32,000 nt of DNA from an uncultured Flavobacteriaceae bacterium (GTDB taxonomy: Bacteria > Pseudomonadota > Alphaproteobacteria > Micropepsales > Micropepsaceae): contig CAYMIJ010000001.1 of assembly GCA_964390465.1 (NCBI GenBank), forward strand, positions 378,765 through 410,764, in the 5' to 3' direction. Shown here one piece after another: positions 8,814-18,416 of the stretch; position 1 is the first letter of the stretch, and every line of letters begins with the position of its first letter. Both the position numbers and the translations under genes were made by a program. The notes beneath the pieces are model-generated. The model searched no databases and had not been told where the DNA came from. It saw only the letters and a program-made list of their open reading frames with translations.

Positions 8814-9959
8814 TCACCTCAGCCCCAGCCCGCGCGCGATGATCCCGCGCAGGATCTCGCGCGTGCCGCCGCGCAGAGAGAATGACGGCGCAATCATGGT
8901 GATCTCGGCAAGTACACGCGCGAAATCACCGGCATGATCCAGCGTCGGTTCTGCCTCGATCAGTTCATGCGCGATCTGCGGAATCTCCTGCTCGAACACC
9001 GCGCCAAGATCTTTCACCATGGCAGCTTCCAGCGCCGGGTCTTCTTTACGCGCCAGCATCCCGGCGACCGACAACGACATACGCCGCAAGGTCACCAGAT
9101 GCGCCGTCAACCGTCCGACGGCGGCAGCCTGTTTCGCATTCGGGCTCGCCCCCACCGCGCCAATCAACTGAATGACCAGCCGCATGGACGATAAAAACCG
9201 CTCCGGCCCGCTGCGCTCGAACGCCAGCTCCGATGTCACCTGCGCCCAGCCCTGCCCCTCGCCGCCCAGAACAGCATCTGGTGGCAGACGCACATCCACA
9301 AAGCTCACTTCGTTGAAGTGTGCATCGCCGGTCAGGTCGCGGATGGGGCGCACGGTGATGCCGGGCGTTTTCATGTCGATCAGAAACTGCGTCAGCCCGC
9401 CATGCTTGGAGTCCGCTGACGTACGGAACAGGCCGATCATGTAATGAGCGCGATGTGCGCCAGACGTCCATAATTTGGTGCCGTTCAGCACCCAGCCATC
9501 TGCCGTCTTTTCCGCACGCGAACGCACGGCGGCAAGGTCGCTCCCTGAATCCGGCTCGCTCATCCCGATGCAGAAGAACAGCTCACCCTTGGCGATGCGC
9601 GGCACAATGGCGCGTTTCTGGTCTTCCGTTCCATAGCGCAGGATGGTCGGCGCGCTCTGCCGGTCAGCGATCCAGTGCGCGCCAACCGGCGCACCAGCGG
9701 CCAGCAATTCTTCCAGCACGACATAGCGTTCAAGAAAGCTGCGCTCGTGTCCGCCATAGTCGCGCGACCACGCCATGCCGACCCAGCCGCGCTCTGCCAG
9801 TTTACGGCTGAATGCCTGGTCAGAACGGCTCCACGAACCGGCCCGCACATATTCGGGAATGCCCGGCATTTCGGTTTTCAGAAACGCCCGCACCTCGGCG
9901 CGGAGGCCTTCGGTCTCAGATGGCAGCGTGACAGGATCAAACCGGAATGCGGACATCAC
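8814..9959 (-). CDS. acyl-CoA dehydrogenase
   Basis: 381 aa. Typical ACAD architecture and motifs (FCIGMSEPDSGSDLAAV, WTSGAH, GGEGQGW, LRGGTREILRGIIARGLGL). Confidence 0.9.
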   Translation of the reverse strand: MMSAFRFDPVTLPSETEGLRAEVRAFLKTEMPGIPEYVRAGSWSRSDQAFSRKLAERGWVGMAWSRDYGGHERSFLERYVVLEELLAAGAPVGAHWIADRQSAPTILRYGTEDQKRAIVPRIAKGELFFCIGMSEPDSGSDLAAVRSRAEKTADGWVLNGTKLWTSGAHRAHYMIGLFRTSADSKHGGLTQFLIDMKTPGITVRPIRDLTGDAHFNEVSFVDVRLPPDAVLGGEGQGWAQVTSELAFERSGPERFLSSMRLVIQLIGAVGASPNAKQAAAVGRLTAHLVTLRRMSLSVAGMLARKEDPALEAAMVKDLGAVFEQEIPQIAHELIEAEPTLDHAGDFARVLAEITMIAPSFSLRGGTREILRGIIARGLGLR

Positions 9960-10059
9960 ACGCTTTGCGTCATTCTTGTGTTGGTCCGCGAAGGCTGACC
10001 ACCCAGGCCTCAGACTAAGCGCGCCCGCTCAGACCACAAGATGCCGCACCGTCACACGC

Positions 10060-10266
10060 TCACCGCTTTGGGGTGGCGTGTCCGACATTCAAAGCCAGCC
10101 ATTCCAGAATGCGGCGGGCGCGGCCAGCCACGCGGTCATCATCTGTGCCGGGCGTCAGCGCAGTGACAGCGGAAGCCGCCGCGACCACACTCAGGCCCGC
10201 ATTCACCCAGGCCGGGAAGGCATCAAAAAAACGCCCTGCGGCGTCGAACAGTTCAATCATCGTCAT
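10060..10266 (-). CDS. small single-TM protein, holin-like by position
   Basis: 68 aa with one hydrophobic helix (AWVNAGLSVVAAASAVTALT) and a charged C-terminus. Starts 6 nt after the M15 peptidase stop. No family recognised. Confidence 0.45.
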   Translation of the reverse strand: MTMIELFDAAGRFFDAFPAWVNAGLSVVAAASAVTALTPGTDDDRVAGRARRILEWLALNVGHATPKR

Positions 10267-10272
10267 TCTCCA

Positions 10273-10656
10273 TCAGGAAGGGTACGTCGCGCGCGGCAAT
10301 TCGAAATGAGGGCCGTCGCGCATTTTCCAGTCACCGCCCCAGGTGAGTGGAATCTTGAGTTCGCCCGCCGCGCGCTTCATCACCGCAGCAAGCTTTGCAT
10401 AAAGCGGCCAGTCCCAACGGACTTTGCCGCTCACCACAACAGCCAGATCAACGGCATGTCCGGTCAGGTGACGCGAGTTCAGCGTCTGCGATGCGCCTGC
10501 CGCGACAAGCTGTTTCTGGCGCGTGAGTGTGCGCATGCCTTCCAGCACACGAAACGGCACATCGCCCTCAGCGGCGGCGTGTTCAACCACGCGCACCAGA
10601 TCGGCATGCACGCCCGCCAGCCGCGAACGGCTGCGCACGTCCAGTTCAAAAGTCAT
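10273..10656 (-). CDS. M15-family zinc peptidoglycan peptidase (endolysin-like)
   Basis: ORF 10273..10812, trimmed to the ATG at 10656 (MTFELDV...), which lies after the upstream stop at 10676. Motifs SRHLTGHAVDL and GPHFEL fit the H-x6-D...H metal site of VanY/M15 peptidases. No signal peptide. Confidence 0.85.
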   Translation of the reverse strand: MTFELDVRSRSRLAGVHADLVRVVEHAAAEGDVPFRVLEGMRTLTRQKQLVAAGASQTLNSRHLTGHAVDLAVVVSGKVRWDWPLYAKLAAVMKRAAGELKIPLTWGGDWKMRDGPHFELPRATYPS

Positions 10657-10675
10657 GTGACCCTCGTTTGAAAAA

Positions 10676-11869
10676 TCAGGAAACGACGGCGCGGTCGTGG
10701 ACCCGCCGCCAGTTGGTGCCATCGGAAAAGGCCAGCGTTGCCCCGCCCGCCTCGTTGCTGACATGGATGATCGCACCGGCCCCCAGCACCAAGGCTGATG
10801 GCACGCCCGCAACCGTATATGTTTTCACGCGCACCGCGCCATCAACATCCAGCCTGGCTGCAGGCTCCGCGATACCGATGCCAATATTGCCATTGCAGGC
10901 AATCCGCATTTTTTCTGTTGGTGCACTGGCCGTTGAGCTGTTGTCGATCGTCTCAAAGCGCAATGATGTTCCACACATCGTGTTGGTGGAATCATCGCCT
11001 ATGGCATGGACGATACGGCCCAGAGCGCGTCGCACGGGCAGGTTATATGTTGTGCCACGAAACACGATGGCCTGACCAAAACCGTTATATTCCTGCGATG
11101 CCACGTTAACGGCTTCAAGCGTCATAATATTGACCGGCGTTGTCCGCCGCAAAATCGTGCCATCAGATACGGACGCAAAAACATGCAACGGTGTTTCAGG
11201 TTGCGTCATGCCCATCCCGACATAGCCGTGGCTTCGCGCTACAGTAAGTGCCGTTTGCCACACTGAGCCGTCAGCACTCACCTTTACGCTGAAATCATCG
11301 CTGCCAGTCAGGCCGAACTCCGCACGCCCGGAATAATTCGTCTGGAACAGAAACGACGCCGTGTCGGTGGCCGTTTCCTTGTTCAGCTTGTGCTGCACAT
11401 CGCCATTGCCGCCATAGGCTGCATATTCAGCTGTGTGCAGAATGGTGGGCGCACGCACGGCGACCCGGTTGGTGTTGTCGGCAATGGTGCCGACACCCAG
11501 CATGGAGAGATTCTGCAATGCAGAAATCACATTTTGCAAGCTCTGCCATGTACTGCCTGTCCAGTAGACGAGCGCACTTTCGTCCACCACGAAGCCTATC
11601 CAGCCGGGCTGGGGCGCCCGGAACAGCCAGATGCCATCGCTCCAGTATGCCACCCTGCCGGACTGTCCAGCCCAAAGGCCTGTCGCTGAGGCCCCAACAA
11701 TATAGCGTGCGCCCTCTGGCGGGCTGACGGGCGGTGCGCTCAGATCGCGGTCCAGAATGGTCAGTTGCGTCAGCGCATCCAGCACCAGCAGCGCCTCGTT
11801 ATGCGTGACATGTTTCTGCGCCTGCCCCGCTTCCATCAGCGGCAGTTTCAGGTTCATTGTTTCGGTCAT
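10676..11869 (-). CDS. DUF2793-domain tail-fibre-like protein
   Basis: The N-terminus LKLPLMEAGQAQKHVTHNEALLVLDALTQL...ARYIVG...WAGQSGRVAYWSDGIWLF is the DUF2793 pattern. The C-terminal part has the fibre-type motif RIACNGNIGIGIAEPAARLDVDGAVRV. Starts 9 nt after the g15 stop. Confidence 0.8.
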   Translation of the reverse strand: MTETMNLKLPLMEAGQAQKHVTHNEALLVLDALTQLTILDRDLSAPPVSPPEGARYIVGASATGLWAGQSGRVAYWSDGIWLFRAPQPGWIGFVVDESALVYWTGSTWQSLQNVISALQNLSMLGVGTIADNTNRVAVRAPTILHTAEYAAYGGNGDVQHKLNKETATDTASFLFQTNYSGRAEFGLTGSDDFSVKVSADGSVWQTALTVARSHGYVGMGMTQPETPLHVFASVSDGTILRRTTPVNIMTLEAVNVASQEYNGFGQAIVFRGTTYNLPVRRALGRIVHAIGDDSTNTMCGTSLRFETIDNSSTASAPTEKMRIACNGNIGIGIAEPAARLDVDGAVRVKTYTVAGVPSALVLGAGAIIHVSNEAGGATLAFSDGTNWRRVHDRAVVS

Positions 11870-11878
11870 TGAAAACTC

Positions 11879-14800
11879 TCAGATCGCCAGCCAGGCATCG
11901 CGCGGTGCGCCCGCACCATAGCGGGCGCTGATCTGCGTTATGCGCACCGGCAAGGACGATGACGCACCATCCGTACTTTGCATGGCGGCTGTATAAAGAA
12001 AGGAAGGGGTGTTCACGTTCGCCACACGCGACTGCGTCGGGCCGATCTCGATGCGATAATTTTCCGCCTCATCCAGCGGCACCTCCGTCTCACTCCAGCG
12101 TCCGGGATCATCACGCGCCCGCCGCACCCACGAGATCAACACATCGCCATTCGCCTGACGCAGCGCCTTCAACTGGCACACGCGCCATGGCTTCATGGCC
12201 AGCGCTTCATAGGTCAGCGACAGTGTGTCCCACGCCACATCATCCACCGGCATATGTGTTGGCCCGACCTTCAGGTGCAGCACTGCGCCCATATCTGAAG
12301 GCGCAATCGGCAGGCGCATCACATGCTCGTCCAGCAGCACGAAGCGCGCGCCGACATTCAGGTTCCTGGCCATATTGATCTCACTGCCCGCCTGACCGCG
12401 CAGAAATTGCGAAAGCCGCCATGTGTCGGGCGCAATCAGACTGGCTTCCGCAAACTGGAAAACCTCCCAGCGCCCCGGCGCTGTTTCAACCGCCGCGCGG
12501 TTCGCACCATTAAGAACACGCAGTGGGTCCACACGCGACAGCCCGCCACCATACAGAATGACATCCAGATGCGTCGCCCGATCCCACACATGCAAGGAAC
12601 CTTGCGGAAAACTGCTGGCCGTTTCGCCCACCACGGCACGGTGCGGCACGGTCATCCAGTCCGTATACGGACCATTATCGCAATCCGCATGCAACACACT
12701 CACCGCCCCGGGCCAGGGCTCGGCGAAGGCAGCGATGAAAAGGCCATCCTCTCCTGCCTGTGCGGCAAGTGCGGGCACATCCATCACCGCAACAAAAGGT
12801 GGCCCACTCACATGCGGGGCAAGACCCGGTGTCCCGTCAAGCTCAGCGTGCGTGCCTTGGTAGAGATGGCCATGCCACACACCGGCCTCGCAACGCCGCA
12901 CGCCGTGCTCCTCCACGCGCGTCAGACGGAAGCAGCGCACAACGCCATGCAGTGTCAGCTGCACGAGATCGCCGGGCTCCAATGCGATAAGACTTGGCGG
13001 CAAAGCGAAATGTGCCGCCTCCCGCGCGGCCCAGTGTTCCTGCAACAGCCGCTGTGCCACGCGTCCGGCTTCGGCTTTGCACATCGCCAGCGGTAATTGC
13101 ACCGGCATCACCTTGGCAGATGGCGCAGCGCTCATGCGGGCTTCGGCAGCACCCGGTGCATAGTCTGCTATCGTGTCGATGAACGATACTTTGATCGCGC
13201 CCGGCAGCCCCGCCGTTTCCGCACGTGTGATCATTGGCGCGGCGACAGCTCCCTCCTCAGCTTCAGCCAGTCGCTCCATCGGTACGCTCACCGCATAACC
13301 GTCACCGCTATGAAAGAAGCGAATACGACCGGCGCTTTCTGAAGCCTCAATGGCAAAGGCCATCATCAATGGCGACAGCGCCTCGCGCGCGCTCATCACC
13401 CGGTCGAGCGCATAGCCGGCAACACTCCCGCGCAGACCCGTCACATCGACATCACTCAATCCGGCGCACGTGCAGATCTCACGCACCAGCGTGCCTAATG
13501 GTGCAGCCCCGGCACGGCCATTCAGCCAGTGGCCGGTGCGCCAGAGCGGGCCATCTGACCACACATCATCGCGCAGCGGCCAGTCAGGGAATGGCCGTGC
13601 ATCCCAAGCCCACACATAAGCGTGGCTGGTTTCAATCATCAATCGTCCGTTGACGGATGAAGCCGGGTTGCGTCCTGCCTCGCGCCAGTATCCCAGCAGC
13701 GCCTCGATACCGGCGCGTTGAGAAAGGTCATCACGCACACCCGACGAAAAGTAAGGCAAGCCGCTTTCGGATGATCGCGGGTCGTAAAACACATTGGGCT
13801 GGTTGGTGCTTTTGTCGAGCGCCCCAAACCCACATTCCGTGAAGCGGAACGGCTTGGATTGCGGCACCCAATCTGTCGCTGAGGCGCTTTCAGTGCCATC
13901 CGGCCTGTTATGATGCGGGTTCAGCCACCAGTTGCGGAAGTCCTTGGCGCGCCATATCCAGGGCTTGCCATAGGCCCCGTCAGAAATGGTGCTGCGCGTC
14001 TTTGCATCACGCGCCACATCGCTGGCGTAAAACCAGTCATAGGCCTCACCGCCTTCGACATGCGCTTTCAGAGCAGCACGGTCATAGGGTGATCCGTCAT
14101 CGCCATCACGCCGGTCTGAAAGCGGCGCATAAACATCCACCCCGATGAAATCGATATTGCCATCTGCCCATAGCGGATCGAGGTGAAAGAAGAACGCGCC
14201 GCTGCCTGCATCATGTCCGCGCCACTCGGTCCAATCAGCGGCGTAAGAGATGCGCGTCTCAGCCCCCACGATGGCACGCACTTCAGCGGCCAGTGCTTTG
14301 AGTTTCGCAACAGCGGGATAAACGCCAGACGCCGAACGCAATGTTGTCATCCCGCGCAGTTCGCTGGCGATCAGAAAGGCATCGACACCGCCCGCCTCCG
14401 CGCACAGATGCGCATAGTGGCGGATCATCCGCCGCAATCCCCATGTCCCATCAAAGAACGCGTCAATCTGACTGGCGGCAGCGGCGCTCATATCCGGCGA
14501 GCCAGCCCTTCCCGGCGCAGGCATGCAGGTAATGCGTCCGCGCCAGGGGAATGCGCCCTGTGCCGTGCCGCCATAAGGGTCGGGCAAAGCGTTGCCCGGC
14601 GGCACATCCATCAGGATGAAGGGGTAGAACATCACTTCCAGCCCACGCGCTTTCAACGCGCGGATGGCAGCGATCGCCGCAGCATCGTCCGGCGTGCCGC
14701 CATAATTGGGGCGGCCACTGGTCTGGCTCACCTGATAGGCGCTCGCCCGCGTCACCTGTTCCACACGCCACGCGCCGGGCCGGTTTCGCTTGGCATTCAG

Positions 14801-15694
14801 CTCAACACCCGGCCTGATCTGGCAGACGCCAGCGCGCAGATCATCGCCGAACCACGCCACCACCAGCGCCACGCGCTTCACTTTGGGAAGGGCTGCCTGC
14901 AACTGATCCAGCGAGGCTTCAAAGTCTGTTTTGCCCGCGCGATTATTGACGTTTTCGGCAATCCATTTGCCCCGCCCCGCATCACGCAGCACGCGGCTGG
15001 GCGACAGCGCAAATTCGCCTGAGCCGGGAATGAGGCACACGGCCTCGACCACCTCCTCCATTGTGCCTGCCTCACCGCTCAGCGGGCGCATCACCTCAAA
15101 TGAAAGCTGCGGCACGCGGTTGCCGAACGGCTCCAACGGCAGGTTTTCAAACACCACATAGGCTGTGCCACGAAAGGCCGGGCCACCTGCACCCTCGGTC
15201 AGCTCGATCAGCGGATCGGCGGGTTGATCCTCCGTGCCCGGATGAATGCGCATGATAACGCCATCAAGGGTCATCGGCTTGCCGTCAGCCCATACACGCC
15301 CGATGCCGCCGATCACACCTTCGCACAGACCCACGGCGAAGCTGGCACTGTAGCTGTAACTGGTCACACGCGGCCCGGCCTTGCCGCCACCCTTGCGCGA
15401 GGCGGTTTCCCTAAACCGCGCCGCCCAGATGATCTGCCCTGCCAGACGCATGGTGCCCCATACGCGTGGCACGGGTGCGCCCTGTGTCGAAGCCTGCACC
15501 TGAAGTTCTTTCAGGCGCGGCCCTTCAACACGGCTTGCCCCGCGCAACATCGCATCGACATGCGATCCGGCATAAGCGCCGATCGCCCCGCCAATCGCCG
15601 CGCCGGTGATGGTCTGGCCAAGAATGGTCAACCCTTCGGGCAGCAGCGCATTGCCGATCGCCTGACCGGCAAGGCCAAGAACAAGTGAAGCCAT
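11879..15694 (-). CDS. GTA g15 host-specificity / baseplate multidomain (megatron-like) protein
   Basis: 1271 aa. Gly/Ala-rich N-terminus followed by VEGPRLKELQVQASTQGAPVPRVWGTMRLAGQIIWAARF, typical of g15 homologues. Size and position after g14 match. Confidence 0.92.
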   Translation of the reverse strand: MASLVLGLAGQAIGNALLPEGLTILGQTITGAAIGGAIGAYAGSHVDAMLRGASRVEGPRLKELQVQASTQGAPVPRVWGTMRLAGQIIWAARFRETASRKGGGKAGPRVTSYSYSASFAVGLCEGVIGGIGRVWADGKPMTLDGVIMRIHPGTEDQPADPLIELTEGAGGPAFRGTAYVVFENLPLEPFGNRVPQLSFEVMRPLSGEAGTMEEVVEAVCLIPGSGEFALSPSRVLRDAGRGKWIAENVNNRAGKTDFEASLDQLQAALPKVKRVALVVAWFGDDLRAGVCQIRPGVELNAKRNRPGAWRVEQVTRASAYQVSQTSGRPNYGGTPDDAAAIAAIRALKARGLEVMFYPFILMDVPPGNALPDPYGGTAQGAFPWRGRITCMPAPGRAGSPDMSAAAASQIDAFFDGTWGLRRMIRHYAHLCAEAGGVDAFLIASELRGMTTLRSASGVYPAVAKLKALAAEVRAIVGAETRISYAADWTEWRGHDAGSGAFFFHLDPLWADGNIDFIGVDVYAPLSDRRDGDDGSPYDRAALKAHVEGGEAYDWFYASDVARDAKTRSTISDGAYGKPWIWRAKDFRNWWLNPHHNRPDGTESASATDWVPQSKPFRFTECGFGALDKSTNQPNVFYDPRSSESGLPYFSSGVRDDLSQRAGIEALLGYWREAGRNPASSVNGRLMIETSHAYVWAWDARPFPDWPLRDDVWSDGPLWRTGHWLNGRAGAAPLGTLVREICTCAGLSDVDVTGLRGSVAGYALDRVMSAREALSPLMMAFAIEASESAGRIRFFHSGDGYAVSVPMERLAEAEEGAVAAPMITRAETAGLPGAIKVSFIDTIADYAPGAAEARMSAAPSAKVMPVQLPLAMCKAEAGRVAQRLLQEHWAAREAAHFALPPSLIALEPGDLVQLTLHGVVRCFRLTRVEEHGVRRCEAGVWHGHLYQGTHAELDGTPGLAPHVSGPPFVAVMDVPALAAQAGEDGLFIAAFAEPWPGAVSVLHADCDNGPYTDWMTVPHRAVVGETASSFPQGSLHVWDRATHLDVILYGGGLSRVDPLRVLNGANRAAVETAPGRWEVFQFAEASLIAPDTWRLSQFLRGQAGSEINMARNLNVGARFVLLDEHVMRLPIAPSDMGAVLHLKVGPTHMPVDDVAWDTLSLTYEALAMKPWRVCQLKALRQANGDVLISWVRRARDDPGRWSETEVPLDEAENYRIEIGPTQSRVANVNTPSFLYTAAMQSTDGASSSLPVRITQISARYGAGAPRDAWLAI

Positions 15695-15706
15695 GAGAGA
15701 GCGCTC

Positions 15707-16171
15707 TTATCTGTGATTGATTTTGTCAGGGCCCGCCTGTGCGGCGCCTGAAACGTCAGGGAACCGGAACGCACAGGCCATTCGCCGCCGCCACCAAGGA
15801 CTGATGGGCACTTCGGCCACCGCATGCCCAGACCAGGCATGCACCATCGTGTCCCTGCCGGTCATGATGCCTGCATGTCGGGCGGGACTGTTCATCCCTA
15901 AACGGAACAACAGCACATCACCTGCCGCCACCTCCTGCATGGGCAGCGGCCTCATGTTCCGTGCCAGCGCATCGCACAGCATCTCGCCATGGCCATCTTC
16001 GGCCCATGTTTCATGATAGGGCGGCAGTGGTTCCGGCTCAGGCCCGATCACCTCGCGCCACACGCCGCGCACCAAGCCGAGACAATCCGTCCCGGCCCTT
16101 TTCAGGCTCGCCTGATGATGAAAGGGCGTGCCAATCCACCCGCGCGCGGCGGCAATGATGCGCGCTGTCAT
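15707..16171 (-). CDS. GTA g14 NlpC/P60-family cell-wall peptidase
   Basis: 154 aa. ARGWIGTPFHHQASLKRAGTDCLGLVRGVWRE contains the catalytic Cys context of NlpC/P60. 4-nt overlap with g13. Confidence 0.9.
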   Translation of the reverse strand: MTARIIAAARGWIGTPFHHQASLKRAGTDCLGLVRGVWREVIGPEPEPLPPYHETWAEDGHGEMLCDALARNMRPLPMQEVAAGDVLLFRLGMNSPARHAGIMTGRDTMVHAWSGHAVAEVPISPWWRRRMACAFRFPDVSGAAQAGPDKINHR

Positions 16172-17046
16172 CGCATCAGACTGGTGCCATCGTGGCGCTC
16201 GCCACTGGCTGGATAGGCCGTCACCCAGTCATTGCCGGGCATGTAAGGAAAGCCGCGAAAGTTTACGCCATTGGCAAACTTCGCCCTGCATGTGGAAAGG
16301 CGCTTGTCGCATCCAGCCGTGACGGTGAAGCCATCGCCCGCCGCGACGACGCGCGGCGCGCTCTGCCACAGTTCAAGGCGCGTGCCGTCTGAATGGCGTA
16401 TCTCGGCTTTCAAGGCGACATTCGCGCCAGATGTCCAATGCAGAACACCGCCTGCAAACCAGCCACTGGCAAAAGCGGTAAGGCCGCTTGCCATCAGCAC
16501 GCGATTGTCATCAACGCCAGTGACGATGCCGGTGCCGCGAAAAGCTGAAGCTTCCACATTCACGCCGCATCGCCCGTCGCCCAGCACAGCGTCACACACG
16601 GGCTGGAAAGTTCGCCCCAGCGGAACATTCAGCTTCGCTGTCAGGCCGCGCAGCTCGGCCTCGAAGCCGAGGGCACCGCGCTTCACCTCGCCGATCCCCG
16701 CTTTGGAAAGCAAAACGCGCTGGCTCACATCGCGCCAGTTGACCAGCCAGGTTTCCACCACTGCATCGTCATAAAGCCCGCTTTCCAGCTCGGCCTCGTC
16801 AATGCCATCACTTGAAAGAACACCCGCCACGGTCTGGTCATTCACCGACAAACCCAGCTCGGATGAGATGGCTGACCCCGCAAATCCGGTGGCCGCCTTA
16901 TGCATCACCCCATCAAACGTCAGGTCATGATCGTGTTCGGTGAAGCCGCGCCTGCGCCCATCGGCCAGACACAGCCGCCAGCATTTCGCCAGTGTCGTGA
17001 CACCGCCTTCGAGATGCGCCTGCAACGCGGTTGAAATATCTCTCAT
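16168..17046 (-). CDS. GTA g13 hub protein (DUF2163 family)
   Basis: 292 aa. LQAHLEGGVTTLAKCWRLCLADGRRRGFTEHDHDLTFDGV is the DUF2163 N-terminal signature. Confidence 0.88.
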   Translation of the reverse strand: MRDISTALQAHLEGGVTTLAKCWRLCLADGRRRGFTEHDHDLTFDGVMHKAATGFAGSAISSELGLSVNDQTVAGVLSSDGIDEAELESGLYDDAVVETWLVNWRDVSQRVLLSKAGIGEVKRGALGFEAELRGLTAKLNVPLGRTFQPVCDAVLGDGRCGVNVEASAFRGTGIVTGVDDNRVLMASGLTAFASGWFAGGVLHWTSGANVALKAEIRHSDGTRLELWQSAPRVVAAGDGFTVTAGCDKRLSTCRAKFANGVNFRGFPYMPGNDWVTAYPASGERHDGTSLMR

Positions 17047-17669
17047 GGCAAAATCTCGACAATGGGAATGGAAGGCACTTCGCCTGCCTGAAAGGCCGCA
17101 AGGTTGATGCTCAACCGATCAGTGTCGAACCGCACCGGCACATCAAAGCGAAAGCCTGCCGTCACCAGTGCCCCGGACGCCGCTGCATGGGTCAGCGTTA
17201 CGATGCCATCTGCGCTCAGTGTGAAATCTGCGCTCGTCAGTTCCACCCCGTTCACGGCCACGCGCACCGACCCGATCACCGGTTTGCTGATCCGCCGTTC
17301 ATACCGGCCCGCCGCGTCCCAATAGGTCTTGGTCAGCGGATAACTCACGCGCAGGCCATCACCTTCGCCCAGGGTCTCATCCATTGGCGATATGGCCTCG
17401 GATGGGCGGCACGATTTGAAGTCGAGATGATCTTTCCAGCGAAACCCGTGCAGTCGGCCCTGCCGCGCTTCGAAGAACGCAATCACGCCATGCAGATCGT
17501 CCAGCGAATTGAGTCCCAGCCCCGCATCGTAACGGCGGCGGCTGCCTGCCCATGGGGAATTACGCTCCTCACGGCCTGACCCCAGCGTGATGATCTCCGT
17601 GCGGCGCTCTGGCCCGCCGGTGGAACCAAACGCCACGCTCACGGGAAAAACAATGTCATGGAAGCCCAT
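17043..17669 (-). CDS. GTA g12 distal tail protein (DUF2460 / TIGR02217-like)
   Basis: 208 aa. FHDIVFPVSVAFGSTGGPERRTEIITLGSGREERNSPW is the family signature. Confidence 0.88.
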   Translation of the reverse strand: MGFHDIVFPVSVAFGSTGGPERRTEIITLGSGREERNSPWAGSRRRYDAGLGLNSLDDLHGVIAFFEARQGRLHGFRWKDHLDFKSCRPSEAISPMDETLGEGDGLRVSYPLTKTYWDAAGRYERRISKPVIGSVRVAVNGVELTSADFTLSADGIVTLTHAAASGALVTAGFRFDVPVRFDTDRLSINLAAFQAGEVPSIPIVEILP

Positions 17670-17670
17670 G

Positions 17671-18225
17671 TCACAAACTCCTTTGTCCGCGCATCACGGC
17701 GCGGCTCAACATGGCCGTCAGTTGGCTTTCTGAACGGCGGAAGCTCTCGGCATCGCGGGCATGCACGGTGATGCTCACCTGTGGCCGCGTGCCGCCCTGA
17801 CCGTTCGGGGCGATTGATCCGTGCCCGGATGGTGTGAACAGTTCAGGCCCGTTCTCACCCACCAGATAAGATCGGCCCGGCGTCACCGGCCCGCCCACGG
17901 CGCGCGCGCCGCCAAAGTTGAACAGGCCTTTGAAGAACCCTTCCAGCGGCTGCGTGATGAAGGTCTGTACGGCCATGCGGCTTAAATCCGCGATGATCGC
18001 ATCAACCATCCCGCGAAACGAAAACTGGCCGGTCTTGGCGGCACGCAAAATCTGCGCCTCCACCACGTCAAAGCTGCGGGTGAAGGCACGTTCCAGAAGT
18101 TCGGCGCTTTCCTGCGCAGGTTTTGAAAGCCCGCTGATGCGCTCATTCACGTCGTCCAGCGCCCGCGTGACGCGCGAAAAATCAGCCGCCACGCGCACAC
18201 TGCGCGCTGGCTCGTCAAAGGTCAT
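17671..18225 (-). CDS. GTA g11 short tape-measure protein
   Basis: 184 aa. Helical N-terminal half and the C-terminal motif GGPVTPGRSYLVGENGPELFTP typical of tape-measure C-termini. Position fits. Confidence 0.8.
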   Translation of the reverse strand: MTFDEPARSVRVAADFSRVTRALDDVNERISGLSKPAQESAELLERAFTRSFDVVEAQILRAAKTGQFSFRGMVDAIIADLSRMAVQTFITQPLEGFFKGLFNFGGARAVGGPVTPGRSYLVGENGPELFTPSGHGSIAPNGQGGTRPQVSITVHARDAESFRRSESQLTAMLSRAVMRGQRSL

Positions 18226-18416
18226 GCATGTTCCTCAAACCTGTCTGGAAACTGCGCGCTCAGCGCCTCCAGTTCATCGCGCGCCAACGGCTTCACATCA
18301 TCGCCGGTCAGCATGCGCCATTCAGTCACTGATAGCCGCCAGAACGCATCCGGCGTCGTGCCGAACATACGCGCGGCGTAACGAAGCGCGGCGCCCCACT
18401 GCGCCTGCTCCATCAC
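18222..18416 (-). CDS. GTA g10.1 (rcc01693-like) tail assembly chaperone
   Basis: 64 aa. FGTTPDAFWRLSVTEWRMLTG matches the small g10.1 family pattern. Overlaps g10 and g11 by 4 nt each. The start may be the ATG at 18413. Confidence 0.7.
   Translation of the reverse strand: MMEQAQWGAALRYAARMFGTTPDAFWRLSVTEWRMLTGDDVKPLARDELEALSAQFPDRFEEHA

Noticed and set aside
10657-10812. An N-terminal extension of the M15 peptidase ORF overlapping the 3' end of the DUF2793 gene. Similar extensions exist for the g8 ORF (19531..19620) and the g3.5 ORF (22097..22249).
   Set aside because: The extensions overlap the upstream genes extensively and have non-coding-like composition. In-frame starts just after, or overlapping, the upstream stop give the compact junctions seen throughout the cluster.
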